From positions 107,213 through 171,212 of the forward strand of contig JBBSXB010000001.1 of NCBI GenBank assembly GCA_038046005.1: 64,000 nucleotides of DNA, given 5' to 3'. Positions 10,229 through 18,497 of this stretch are shown here, in pieces. The stretch's first letter is position 1. Each line of letters begins with the position of its first letter. The notes beneath the pieces are model-generated. The model made no database searches. It was not told the origin of the DNA and saw nothing but the letters and a program-made list of their open reading frames with translations. Position numbers and translations under genes: made by a program. The DNA is from Nanobdellota archaeon (GTDB taxonomy: Archaea > Nanobdellota > Nanobdellia > Pacearchaeales > GW2011-AR1).

Positions 10229-10291
10229 CACCACATGAAACAACATCAAAGATTTTCATTCACCAAGATAAAAGCGAGAGGATTAATTTAA

Positions 10292-10825
10292 ATGAAAGAG
10301 GAATATGCAATAATACTAGAATTTTTACCAAATGGCTATCCTTTAGAGAGAAAAATGATGCCGATAGCACAAGCTATAGGAAAAAGTCATTTAACTCTTT
10401 TGGAGCTAGTTCCCCGAAGAGGAATTTCTTTGGAAATTGGGGAAGAAGTTTATATTGGTGAAGGTAAAAGACCAAAAGTTTATTATATTTTTGGTAGGTT
10501 GGACCGGGAAAGACTTACCGAAACTGCAAAATCACAACTACAGGAGTTTATAGAAAAGGTAGTAGCTGAAAAGGAAAAAGATTATGTTGCGTTTTTCAAT
10601 AAAGCTGAAGCGATAAATAAAAGAATACACCAGATTGAGTTAATTCCAGGATTGGGAAAAAAACACATGCAAGAAATAATAAAACAACGAGAAGAAAAAT
10701 TATTCGAGTCATTCGAAGATTTGAAAAAAAGAATACCAAATCTTCCAGACCCTAAAAAAGCAATAGAGAAAAGGATTTTTAAAGAGCTGACAACAATCGA
10801 GAGATATAATTTATTTGTAATATAA
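10292..10825 (+). CDS. DUF655 family RNA-binding protein
   Basis: KEEYAIILEFLPNGY, HQIELIPGLGKK. Confidence 0.9.
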   Translation: MKEEYAIILEFLPNGYPLERKMMPIAQAIGKSHLTLLELVPRRGISLEIGEEVYIGEGKRPKVYYIFGRLDRERLTETAKSQLQEFIEKVVAEKEKDYVAFFNKAEAINKRIHQIELIPGLGKKHMQEIIKQREEKLFESFEDLKKRIPNLPDPKKAIEKRIFKELTTIERYNLFVI

Positions 10826-10826
10826 A

Positions 10827-11315
10827 ATGGAAGTAAAAATACAAACACCAAAAGATGAAGGAAGAGTAGTTAGAATTTTGTCAAAAGATATAGAAGGAAA
10901 AATGAAGATGTATGTGGGGTTGACAAAAATAAAAGGAATATCTTGGAGTTTGTCGAATGCTATTTGTAGAAAACTTGGAATTGATAAAAATAGAAAGATA
11001 GGATCTTTGAGTGATGAAGAGATAAAAAAGGTTTCTGAGTTTGTGAAAAATCCAGATTTACCAAAGCAAATGTTTAACAGACAAAAAGATTTTGAAAGCG
11101 GAGAAAACAAGCACCTTGTTGGAAGCGATTTTGACCTGAGAAGAGATTTCGATATAAAGAGACTTAAACAAATTAAAAGTTATAGAGGGGCAAGGCACAC
11201 AAGCAAACTGCCGGTAAGAGGACAGAGAACCAAAGGCCACTTTAGATCAAACAGAAAAAAAGGTTCTGGAATTAAAAAGAAAGTTACAGTCGAAACTAAA
11301 AAAAATATAAAATGA
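10827..11315 (+). CDS. rps13: 30S ribosomal protein S13
   Basis: SYRGARH..LPVRGQRTK. Confidence 0.97.
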   Translation: MEVKIQTPKDEGRVVRILSKDIEGKMKMYVGLTKIKGISWSLSNAICRKLGIDKNRKIGSLSDEEIKKVSEFVKNPDLPKQMFNRQKDFESGENKHLVGSDFDLRRDFDIKRLKQIKSYRGARHTSKLPVRGQRTKGHFRSNRKKGSGIKKKVTVETKKNIK

Positions 11316-11335
11316 AAGCAAATATAAAATTTTCA

Positions 11336-11357
11336 TCCATTAGAAATGAAAAGGGAG
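11336..11357 (+). promoter_or_regulatory. ORB-like sequence between rps13 and rps4
   Basis: ATCCATTAGAAATGAAAAGGGAG; the 12-mer TCCATTAGAAAT is identical to the ORB at 20961. Confidence 0.4.
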
Positions 11358-11367
11358 AATATTCCAA

Positions 11368-11853
11368 ATGAAGAGAAAACACAAGACATATTCAAGGCCA
11401 AAAAGACCTTTTGATAAAGTAAGAATTGAAGAAGAAGGAAAAATAAAAGAAGAATTTGGACTCAAAAATAAAACTGAGATATGGAAGGCTGAAGCTAGGG
11501 TAAAAGATATAAGAGAAAAAGCGAAAAAGCTTATTAAATCATCTCACGAAGATCAAAAAGTACTTTTTGCAAAACTTCAAAAATTGGGTTTCAAAGTTAG
11601 CTCAATTGGTGAGGCATTGTCATTAGACAAAAAAGATTACCTAAATAAAAGACTTCAGACAATTGTTGCAAGAAAAAAAATTGCGCCAACAATCAAATCT
11701 GCAAGACAATTAATAACACATAGAAAAATATTAGTTGATGAACGAATAGTTGACAGTCCCTCTTATATTGTTCCTATTGATCTTGAAAATAAAATATCTA
11801 TCAGAAAAAATAATAAAGTTAAGGTCGCACAAAAAATCGGAGTAGAAGAATGA
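11368..11853 (+). CDS. rps4: 30S ribosomal protein S4
   Basis: FGLKNKTEIWK, RLQTIV, ARQLITH. Confidence 0.97.
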   Translation: MKRKHKTYSRPKRPFDKVRIEEEGKIKEEFGLKNKTEIWKAEARVKDIREKAKKLIKSSHEDQKVLFAKLQKLGFKVSSIGEALSLDKKDYLNKRLQTIVARKKIAPTIKSARQLITHRKILVDERIVDSPSYIVPIDLENKISIRKNNKVKVAQKIGVEE

Positions 11854-12323
11854 CTGAACAAGAAGTTGCAGAACTGAAAAAAGATGAAGTGGTTGAGTCT
11901 GACTCTGAAGAAAAAAACAAAGATAAGGAAAAAGTAAAAAAGAAAGGACAAGAGATAGAGGCAGTTGTGAATATTTATACTTCTTTCAATAACACAATAG
12001 TTCATGTGACTGACATGTCTGGAAAAACCATAACAAAGGTTACTGGGGGTATGATAACAAAACACGACAGATTAAAGGCTAATCCGACAATAGCAATGTT
12101 TATTGCAAAAAGAGTTTCAGAAAACATAAGAGAGCTTGGAATAAAATCTCTTTATATAAGAATAAGAGCAAAAACAAATAGTCCTGCGCCAGGCCCAGGG
12201 GCTAACGCATTAATAAAAAGTCTCTCTAGAGAAGGATTTAAAATTTTGAATATTCTTGACACAACAAGGATGCCTAGAGGCGGACCAAAGAAAAAAGGAG
12301 GAAGAAGAGGAAGAAGAGTTTAA
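11850..12323 (+). CDS. rps11: 30S ribosomal protein S11
   Basis: SFNNTIVHVTD, PGPGA, GGRRGRRV. Confidence 0.97.
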   Translation: MTEQEVAELKKDEVVESDSEEKNKDKEKVKKKGQEIEAVVNIYTSFNNTIVHVTDMSGKTITKVTGGMITKHDRLKANPTIAMFIAKRVSENIRELGIKSLYIRIRAKTNSPAPGPGANALIKSLSREGFKILNILDTTRMPRGGPKKKGGRRGRRV

Positions 12324-12376
12324 ATCTTCCAAAACGGTTTACTTTGTGAAAACGTTTAGAGGAAGAAGAGTTTAAA
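12306..12376 (+). repeat. 19-bp direct repeat duplicating the 3' end of rps11
   Basis: AGAGGAAGAAGAGTTTAAA at 12306-12324 and 12358-12376. Confidence 0.8.
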
Positions 12377-12399
12377 AAGCTCTTTTATCAATTTTTAGT

Positions 12400-13116
12400 A
12401 TGGAAATAATAGAAAAGAAAGAAAATAAGATAATTTTTAAGGCAAAGATGGACACAAGCTTAAGCAACGCTATAAGAAGATATGTTTTTCACATTCCTGT
12501 TTTAGCGATTGATGAAGTGGAAATACACAAAAATGATTCTGCCCTATATGACGAAACAATAGCCCACAGAATAGGATTGATTCCATTAGACTCAAAAAAA
12601 GTTTCTCAAAAAAAAGAAGTTAATCTGAAGCTTGATGTTAAAAAAGAAGGCATTGTGTACAGTGGAGAATTTCATGGAGACGTAAAGCCAGCATATGACA
12701 AAATCCCAATAACTTCTTTAGGTAAAGGGCAAGAGATAGAATTAACAGCAATAGCCAGAATGGGCCAAGGAAGCACTCATGCAAAATTTTCTCCAGGGTT
12801 TATGACCTATAGAGAAGCTATGGAAGTTAAGGTTGATAAAAATATTCCGAAAGAATTTTTGGATGAATTGCCAGAACAAGTTGTAAAAAAAGGAGAAGCC
12901 ATTGTTTATGATCCTTCTGTCTTGGAAAAAGTTGAATATTGTGCAGAAATAGCAAATAAAAAAGATAAAGAGTATGTAAAAATAACTCCTAGTGGCGAAG
13001 TGGTATTGAGTGTTGAAAGCTTTGGGCAAATTACTCCCGAAGAAATTTTTAAGAAAGCCATGGAAGCTTTAAAAGATGATATGGAAGACTTATCTAAATC
13101 TATTTCAAAATCTTAA
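12400..13116 (+). CDS. rpoD: RNA polymerase subunit D (Rpo3)
   Basis: NAIRR, NDSALYDETIAHRIGLIP, HAKFSP. Confidence 0.96.
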   Translation: MEIIEKKENKIIFKAKMDTSLSNAIRRYVFHIPVLAIDEVEIHKNDSALYDETIAHRIGLIPLDSKKVSQKKEVNLKLDVKKEGIVYSGEFHGDVKPAYDKIPITSLGKGQEIELTAIARMGQGSTHAKFSPGFMTYREAMEVKVDKNIPKEFLDELPEQVVKKGEAIVYDPSVLEKVEYCAEIANKKDKEYVKITPSGEVVLSVESFGQITPEEIFKKAMEALKDDMEDLSKSISKS

Positions 13117-13163
13117 TTCTAAAGGTTTTTATATATAAGAGACGCGTTTTTTATAGACAATCC

Positions 13164-13247
13164 GCAGGAGTAGCGAAGTGGTCAAACGCGTAAGACTCAA
13201 AATCTTATGGCTTAGTGCCTTCAGAGGTTCGAATCCTCTCTCCTGCA
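13164..13247 (+). tRNA. tRNA-Leu(CAA)
   Basis: GCAGGAG...TAAGA-CTCAAAA-TCTTA, variable arm, GGTTCGAATCC...CTCCTGCA. Confidence 0.96.
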
Positions 13248-13292
13248 TTTTTGAGAAAGAAAAAATTTAAAAGAGAGAGAGTTAAATTATAC

Positions 13293-13621
13293 ATGGGAGA
13301 AAAGAGAGAATGGAGTAAACTAGCTGTTTGGAGTTTTGTTTTAGTTATTTCATCAATAGTTCTTATGAGTCTAGCATATATTTTAGAGATAATCAGTTCA
13401 GACAGATACTACTCATTTTATTCCGAATTTCCTGCATTTATATTTTTATTTGGGCTTCTTCCATTATATCTAACTTTAGTGGGCTTATTTTAGCAATAAT
13501 TTCGCTGAAAAAAATAAAAAAAGAAAATTTAAGAGGAAGGGTTCTTGCCTGGATTGCGATAGTCATACCTGTTATAATATTTTCTATACAAATAATCATG
13601 ATTTTCCTACCTTCACAATAA
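13293..13621 (+). pseudogene. DUF4190-like small membrane protein, frameshifted
   Basis: MGEKREWSKLAVWSFVL in one frame and GLILAIISLKKIKKENLRGRVLAWIAI in another; one missing base near 13487 would join them. Confidence 0.65.
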
Positions 13622-13677
13622 CACCCAAATCGAACATTTTATAAACCCATTTCTTCTCCAAATTTTACAACCTGCGA

Positions 13678-13714
13678 GCTAACGCGATAGTAGGCAAAAA
13701 CTACTTCTGTTAGC
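13678..13714 (+). promoter_or_regulatory. Structured 5' leader of the rpl18e-rpl13-rps9 operon
   Basis: GCTAAC/GTTAGC and AGTAG/CTACT stems closing a GCAAAAA loop, downstream of TTTATAAA at ~13638. Confidence 0.45.
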
Positions 13715-13721
13715 AATTAAG

Positions 13722-14090
13722 ATGAAATCGAAAACAAAAATTAATAAACAATTACAGAGAAAAACAAATTCAAGTTTAGTTGAAACTGTAAGAGGCGCTG
13801 CAAAAAATGAAAAATGGAAAGAAGTTGCAAACATTCTTTCTTATCCTAGAAGACAAAGAACAGAAGTGAATCTTGATAAATTAAGCTCAGAATCTAAAGT
13901 GGGAGAAGTTGTAATTATTCCGGGAAAAGTTCTTTCTAATGGAGAAATAAATAAAAAAATAAAAGTGGCGGCATTTTCTTTTTCACAAAAAGCCAGGGAA
14001 AAGTTATTAAGTGCTGGCTGTCAAGTTTTAAGTATTGAAGAAGAAATTAAAAATAATCCAGAAGCAAAAGGAGTGAAGATTCTAAAATGA
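13722..14090 (+). CDS. rpl18e: 50S ribosomal protein L18e
   Basis: EVNLDKL, PGKVLS.G, VAAFSFS. Confidence 0.96.
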   Translation: MKSKTKINKQLQRKTNSSLVETVRGAAKNEKWKEVANILSYPRRQRTEVNLDKLSSESKVGEVVIIPGKVLSNGEINKKIKVAAFSFSQKAREKLLSAGCQVLSIEEEIKNNPEAKGVKILK

Positions 14091-14476
14091 AAATAATCGA
14101 TGGAAAAAATGCAGTTCTTGGAAGACTTGGAGCTTATGTCGCCAAAGAGGCATTAAAGGGAGAAGAAATTGTGGTTTTAAATTGTGAACAAATTATAATT
14201 ACTGGGAATAAAAAAGAGATACAGGAAAAGTTTAGGGAAAAAAGAACAAAGATTGGAAGCGGGCAAACAGGGCCAAAACATTCAAGGCTTTCCCACTTGA
14301 TTGTAAAAAGGGCAATAAGAGGAATGTTGCCAAGAGCCAGTATGGGACGAGGCAGGGAAGCGTTTAAGAGAATAAAATGCTATTCTGGGGTTCCAAAAGA
14401 ATTTGAACAGGCAAAAAAAATATCTCTTGATGAGAAAAAAAGTAAATTTATATTAGTCAAAGAAATTGTAGAATGA
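14087..14476 (+). CDS. rpl13: 50S ribosomal protein L13
   Basis: IIDGKNAVLGRL, RAIRGMLP. Confidence 0.96.
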   Translation: MKIIDGKNAVLGRLGAYVAKEALKGEEIVVLNCEQIIITGNKKEIQEKFREKRTKIGSGQTGPKHSRLSHLIVKRAIRGMLPRASMGRGREAFKRIKCYSGVPKEFEQAKKISLDEKKSKFILVKEIVE

Positions 14477-14874
14477 AAAAAATAGTCAAATCAGGAAAAA
14501 GAAAAATGGCAGTTGCAAGAGCAGTGTTAGTAGACGGAACAGGAAAAATTATGATAAATAAAAAAGACTACAAAAATTTACATATTTTTGACAAACTTAA
14601 AATTGAAGAACCTTTGAGAATCTATCAGGCAATGATTGGAGATTTAAATTTTGACGTCGAGATATTTGTAAGAGGTGGTGGAGAAAAGGGACAAATAGAG
14701 GCTGCGAAAATTGCTTTGTCCAGATCGATTATTGAATTTGCAAAATCTGCCGAATTAAGAAAAGCATTCATAGAATATGACAGAAGTTTACTTGTTGCAG
14801 ATGTAAGAAGAAAAGAAGCTTACAAACCTGGAGACAGTAAGGCAAGAAGTAAAAGACAAAAGTCGTACAGATAA
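14473..14874 (+). CDS. rps9: 30S ribosomal protein S9
   Basis: SGKRKMAVARA, VRGGG, KARSKRQKSYR. Confidence 0.97.
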   Translation: MKKIVKSGKRKMAVARAVLVDGTGKIMINKKDYKNLHIFDKLKIEEPLRIYQAMIGDLNFDVEIFVRGGGEKGQIEAAKIALSRSIIEFAKSAELRKAFIEYDRSLLVADVRRKEAYKPGDSKARSKRQKSYR

Positions 14875-15654
14875 TCAATCTTTTATTTTATTTATTCCCA
14901 GCGTTTCAAATTTATTCTGGACATGATTAAACAGCGTCGAGGAAATCAAAGGTTGATGCACTCCGGGATGTGTTTGATTATCAAATTTTACTTTTCCCAA
15001 ATAAGCCTGATTAGTGAGAATTTTCTTTAGGCCGTTTACAGAAAAACCATATTTTTTTGACAGCTGTGTTAAACTTATTTTCTGGTTTAAAAAATCTTGG
15101 AATACTTCATTGACAAGGTAAGAATTTTCTGCTGGAATAAGTTTTTTATCGACCATTTTATAGCCAAATGGTGCCCTCGTTATTGGATTTCCATCACGGG
15201 CTTTTTTATCCATACTGAACTTTGTTCTTTCCCCAGTAACATTTCTTTCAAATTCTGCAAAAGCAGATATTATATGAAACATTAACTTTCCTGAAGCGCT
15301 TGTTGTTTCAATTTTGTCCTGCAAAGATATGAAATCAACACCCCATTGTTTTAGTTTTTCTATGGTTTCTATTAAATCTCGCAAAGAACGGGAAAATCTA
15401 TCAAGTTTGTATACGAAAATTGCCTGGAATTTGTGATTTCTCGCATCTTCAAGTAACTCAACTATTTCTGGCCTACCTTTGATATCTTTGGCAGACTTAC
15501 CTTCGTCTTTGTATATTCTTAGAACTTCGTAACCTAAAGCAGAAGCATAGTTTTTAAGTGCTTCTTCTTGTGCCGACATCGAAATTCCATGCTTGACTTG
15601 TTCTTCTGTTGAGACTCTTATGTAAATTGCTGCTAGGGGTTTTATTTGATTCAT
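14875..15654 (-). CDS. Serine recombinase (resolvase domain plus recombinase domain)
   Basis: YIRVST catalytic Ser motif, KLDRFSRS, AEFER, APFGY; no zinc-ribbon/coiled-coil tail. Confidence 0.93.
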   Translation of the reverse strand: MNQIKPLAAIYIRVSTEEQVKHGISMSAQEEALKNYASALGYEVLRIYKDEGKSAKDIKGRPEIVELLEDARNHKFQAIFVYKLDRFSRSLRDLIETIEKLKQWGVDFISLQDKIETTSASGKLMFHIISAFAEFERNVTGERTKFSMDKKARDGNPITRAPFGYKMVDKKLIPAENSYLVNEVFQDFLNQKISLTQLSKKYGFSVNGLKKILTNQAYLGKVKFDNQTHPGVHQPLISSTLFNHVQNKFETLGINKIKD

Positions 15655-16301
15655 GCTTTCACGCCTATCAAAACCGTCCAAACAGGACCAACAGATTTAA
15701 TTTTCAGGTCTTGGCAATAATTTGAAAGAAGAACCTTAATGTTAGTTAAGTCTACTCTATCAAATGAAGCTTTGTCTAAGACAGTTTTGTCTTCCTTTAT
15801 AGACATAACCTTAAAGCCCAAGTAGGAATAATATTTTCTTAAAAAGGTTGTTGTTCTTTTGTCTCTTTTCCAAGTGAATATCAAAATTGTGCCTCCTCTT
15901 TTTGTTACTCTTAAAATTTCTCTTAATAGTTTCTCTTTGGAATCAATGCTTCCAATGAGATTATAAGCCGCATAAGTTACGTCAAAAAAATTGTCTGGAA
16001 AAGTCATGTTGAAAGCATCCATGTTTAAAATCTCAACATTAGGAGAGTTTGCAAGATTTTTTCGAGCAATTTTTAATACTGATTCGTTATTATCTATGCC
16101 AACAAGTTTTTTCACGAACTGAAACAACTTGTCTGCAGGTCTACCTGTCCCACAACCAACATCTAGGACAACTTTGTTTTGGCATATTTTTTTTAAAAGG
16201 TTGAACTCATATTTGAATGACTCTTTAGCCTCCTTTAATGGTTTTTCTACTGCTTTTACTTGCTCTCTGACATACTCTTGACCATAATCTCTCTTTTCCA
16301 C
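15651..16301 (-). CDS. Class I SAM-dependent methyltransferase
   Basis: VLDVGCGTG, FPDNFFD, RVTKRGG; stop overlaps the recombinase start. Confidence 0.9.
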   Translation of the reverse strand: MEKRDYGQEYVREQVKAVEKPLKEAKESFKYEFNLLKKICQNKVVLDVGCGTGRPADKLFQFVKKLVGIDNNESVLKIARKNLANSPNVEILNMDAFNMTFPDNFFDVTYAAYNLIGSIDSKEKLLREILRVTKRGGTILIFTWKRDKRTTTFLRKYYSYLGFKVMSIKEDKTVLDKASFDRVDLTNIKVLLSNYCQDLKIKSVGPVWTVLIGVKA

Positions 16302-16309
16302 ATACTTAT

Positions 16310-16368
16310 TTGTGCACTTAGGTTTAAAAAGTTATTGTGCACGTGGATTTAGGACACCCTAAGTGCGC
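16310..16368. repeat. Inverted GTGCACTTAGG / CCTAAGTGCGC sites over the methyltransferase-recombinase promoter
   Basis: TTGTGCACTTAGGTT 16310-16324, TTGTGCAC 16335-16342, CCTAAGTGCGC 16358-16368, with TATA-like TTTAAA between. Confidence 0.7.
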
Positions 16369-16470
16369 GTTTTTAACGAGGGAAATGTGGTTTTTGAGGA
16401 TTTTGGGAGTAATTTTATGAACTAAGATAAGCAAAGTGAAGAGAAGAAATATCTAAATAGCGTAAATAGA

Positions 16471-16776
16471 TTATTCTGCTTCTTTAGAGATTACTTTAAC
16501 TAAGTCATATCTTGAAGAACTTGCGTCAGCTGGCGGATTTTTAATTTTTGTTATTTTTACTTCAAGAACATATGAATATCCTTCTTCATAATCAAATCCA
16601 TCAATAGAATTATAGAAACGTTCCCCATTCACTATCAAACACTTCATTGGGACTCCACCAACACAATCAACCTTATTTGGACCAATAGTAATGGTTTCAG
16701 TACTAGGAAAAGTTGTAAAGAGTAGTATTATTATAAAAATTATAATGTAAAACCACCATTTTTTTAGTAAATTCAT
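16471..16776 (-). CDS. DUF4377-like secreted protein
   Basis: Signal anchor, DCVGGVPMKCL, IDGFDYEEGY, NPPADASS. Confidence 0.8.
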   Translation of the reverse strand: MNLLKKWWFYIIIFIIILLFTTFPSTETITIGPNKVDCVGGVPMKCLIVNGERFYNSIDGFDYEEGYSYVLEVKITKIKNPPADASSSRYDLVKVISKEAE

Positions 16777-16838
16777 AATTAGTTTAATAAAACAGAGTTT
16801 AAAATATTTCCCCTAAAATTTTCCAATTTCTTTTGTGA

Positions 16839-16871
16839 CCTGCCATGGTTGTGCACTTAGGTTGGCTAAGT
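16839..16871 (+). repeat. 33-bp palindromic direct repeat, copy 1
   Basis: CCTGCCATGGTTGTGCACTTAGGTTGGCTAAGT. Confidence 0.9.
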
Positions 16872-16951
16872 GAATACGCAAAATACAGAGATATTAGAAA
16901 AAAAATTGAAATAAGTTTAAAGAAAAAATAAAATTAAAGATCGAACTGGAA

Positions 16952-17119
16952 CTATTTCTTTCTCGATTGATAGTTTCTCATCAATTTGCCTACACCTACA
17001 ATGAGCCAAGCCAAAGCAATTAGCCATGCGGAAAGTGTTATACCAATATCAAGGCCAATAAGTGGTAGTATAAGTAAAACACCGACTAATGTGACAAGCC
17101 AAGCTGTTACCTTTGCCAT
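16952..17119 (-). CDS. 55-aa two-helix membrane protein (not in ORF track)
   Basis: MAKVTAWLVTLVGVLLILPLIGLDIGITLSAWLIALAWLIVGVGKLMRNYQSRKK; strong SD AAGGAGG; paralog at 39415..39561. Confidence 0.8.
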   Translation of the reverse strand: MAKVTAWLVTLVGVLLILPLIGLDIGITLSAWLIALAWLIVGVGKLMRNYQSRKK

Positions 17120-17304
17120 TTCAACCCTCCTTTGATATACCCTAAAGAAAACAAGGGTTATAAGGTTTTTGCTAGCTTGAAGATTAGAGATTCAATTGTG
17201 TTATTAATTTGTAAAACATACAATTAATGCGGCGAGAGTTGGAATATTCTGATAACAATAATCTTACAAATTTCGCGCCATTTTTCGACATCAATCTCTT
17301 TAGG

Positions 17305-17337
17305 CCTGCCACAGTTGTGCACTTAGGTTGGCTAAGT
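17305..17337 (+). repeat. 33-bp palindromic direct repeat, copy 2
   Basis: CCTGCCACAGTTGTGCACTTAGGTTGGCTAAGT, 31/33 identical to copy 1. Confidence 0.9.
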
Positions 17338-17370
17338 ATATGCTGAGCTAGTTAAGACATGTAGAAAATG

Positions 17371-17545
17371 GTTGTTTAAACATGTGTTTTTGTGTTTAAT
17401 CGACGGAAAAATTGATTAGAAATCGCTAAGAAAAACAGGTGTTGATTAGGGTGTTTGTCCGTTTAAACAGTGTTTATGGTTGTTTTAAACAGCTGTTTTG
17501 CCATTAAAAATAGGGAAAAACATCATATTTTAAGACAAAAACATG
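17371..17545. repeat. Dense TGTTT/AAACA (GTTTAAAC) motif array
   Basis: About a dozen TGTTT or AAACA copies in ~175 bp, including GTTTAAACA and AAACAGCTGTTT. Confidence 0.65.
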
Positions 17546-17666
17546 CTAAAAAATAAATGAATTTCCCTCCAAAAAATTGGGTGCGAGATAGATAAAAATT
17601 GAGGTAAGATGAAATTTACGACGTAAAAAAAGAAATATTTATAAAGGTTGAAAATCTAAATTGAGT

Positions 17667-18299
17667 ATGTTTGATTGGTTCTTTAAAAAAAGAGAGAAAA
17701 AAGAGTTAAAACACATAGAAGAAGATACAAAAAAGGGTTTTGAAAGTGTCAAAAAAGATATAACAGCTGTAATAGGATGGATCAAACACCTAGATTCTGA
17801 GAAAAATCTGCAACAAAAAGAGATTGAAGACATAAAAGAGGATTTGTCGACGGTAAAAAATGACATTGAAAGCATTAAAAATATCATAACTATGATGAAT
17901 GAATTAAAACCTCAAGGAGTGTTTAAAACAAACAGACAGGTGTTTAAAGAACAAACACCTGTTTATGCTGTTCAAACAGTTGACCAAACAGGCGTTCAAA
18001 CACCAAATTTAAACCAATTTTCAGTAACTGAAAGAGCAATTCTATGGATTCTCTTAAACTCAGAAATGAAACTGGGATATGAAGATCTAGCTGCAATGTT
18101 GGGAAAAGAAAAGTCCACCATAAGGGGGCAGATAAATAGTATAAAACAAAAAAGTGAAAATTTGATAAGTGAAATTACTGAAAAAAATGGAAAAAAGAGA
18201 GTATATATAAGTGAAGAAATGAGGGAAAAAATGCTGAAAAAGTCAAAAGTGAGAGTTGGAAATAAGAAAAAAACTGAGAAAAAAGAAGAAAAAGTCTGA
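17667..18299 (+). CDS. Coiled-coil plus C-terminal winged-helix protein
   Basis: Heptad-rich N-terminus, VQT-rich linker, TERAILWILL...GYEDLAAMLGKEKSTIRGQINSIKQK helix-turn-helix. Confidence 0.8.
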   Translation: MFDWFFKKREKKELKHIEEDTKKGFESVKKDITAVIGWIKHLDSEKNLQQKEIEDIKEDLSTVKNDIESIKNIITMMNELKPQGVFKTNRQVFKEQTPVYAVQTVDQTGVQTPNLNQFSVTERAILWILLNSEMKLGYEDLAAMLGKEKSTIRGQINSIKQKSENLISEITEKNGKKRVYISEEMREKMLKKSKVRVGNKKKTEKKEEKV

Positions 18300-18497
18300 A
18301 AAGTAAGGAAAAATCAATAAAAAACGATTAAAAAAACAAAAAGTGAGAGTTAAATTACAAGAAAAACAATAAAAAATAAATTACTAAGTGAAAAGTGAGA
18401 TGAAAAAATAAAAATGAATTTAAAAAGATTACAAAAGTCTGAAAATGAGAGATACAATAAATGGTAAAAACATAGTTAAAAATAGAAAAATGAGAGA
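18239..18497 (+). repeat. Phased AAAGTGAGA / AAAGTCTGAAAA repeat array
   Basis: Copies near 18246, 18291, 18340, 18392, 18435 and 18489, spaced about 45-55 bp on an A-rich strand. Confidence 0.6.

Noticed and set aside
10225-10461. 78-aa ORF between rpoF and DUF655
   Set aside because: Mostly overlaps DUF655 in another frame and has no recognisable motif
13215-13292. N-terminal extension of ORF 13215..13493
   Set aside because: Overlaps tRNA-Leu(CAA); ATG 13293 is the more plausible start
16839-17337. Possible CRISPR array from the 33-bp repeats
   Set aside because: Only two full copies, 466 bp apart with a gene between them; no cas genes in the window
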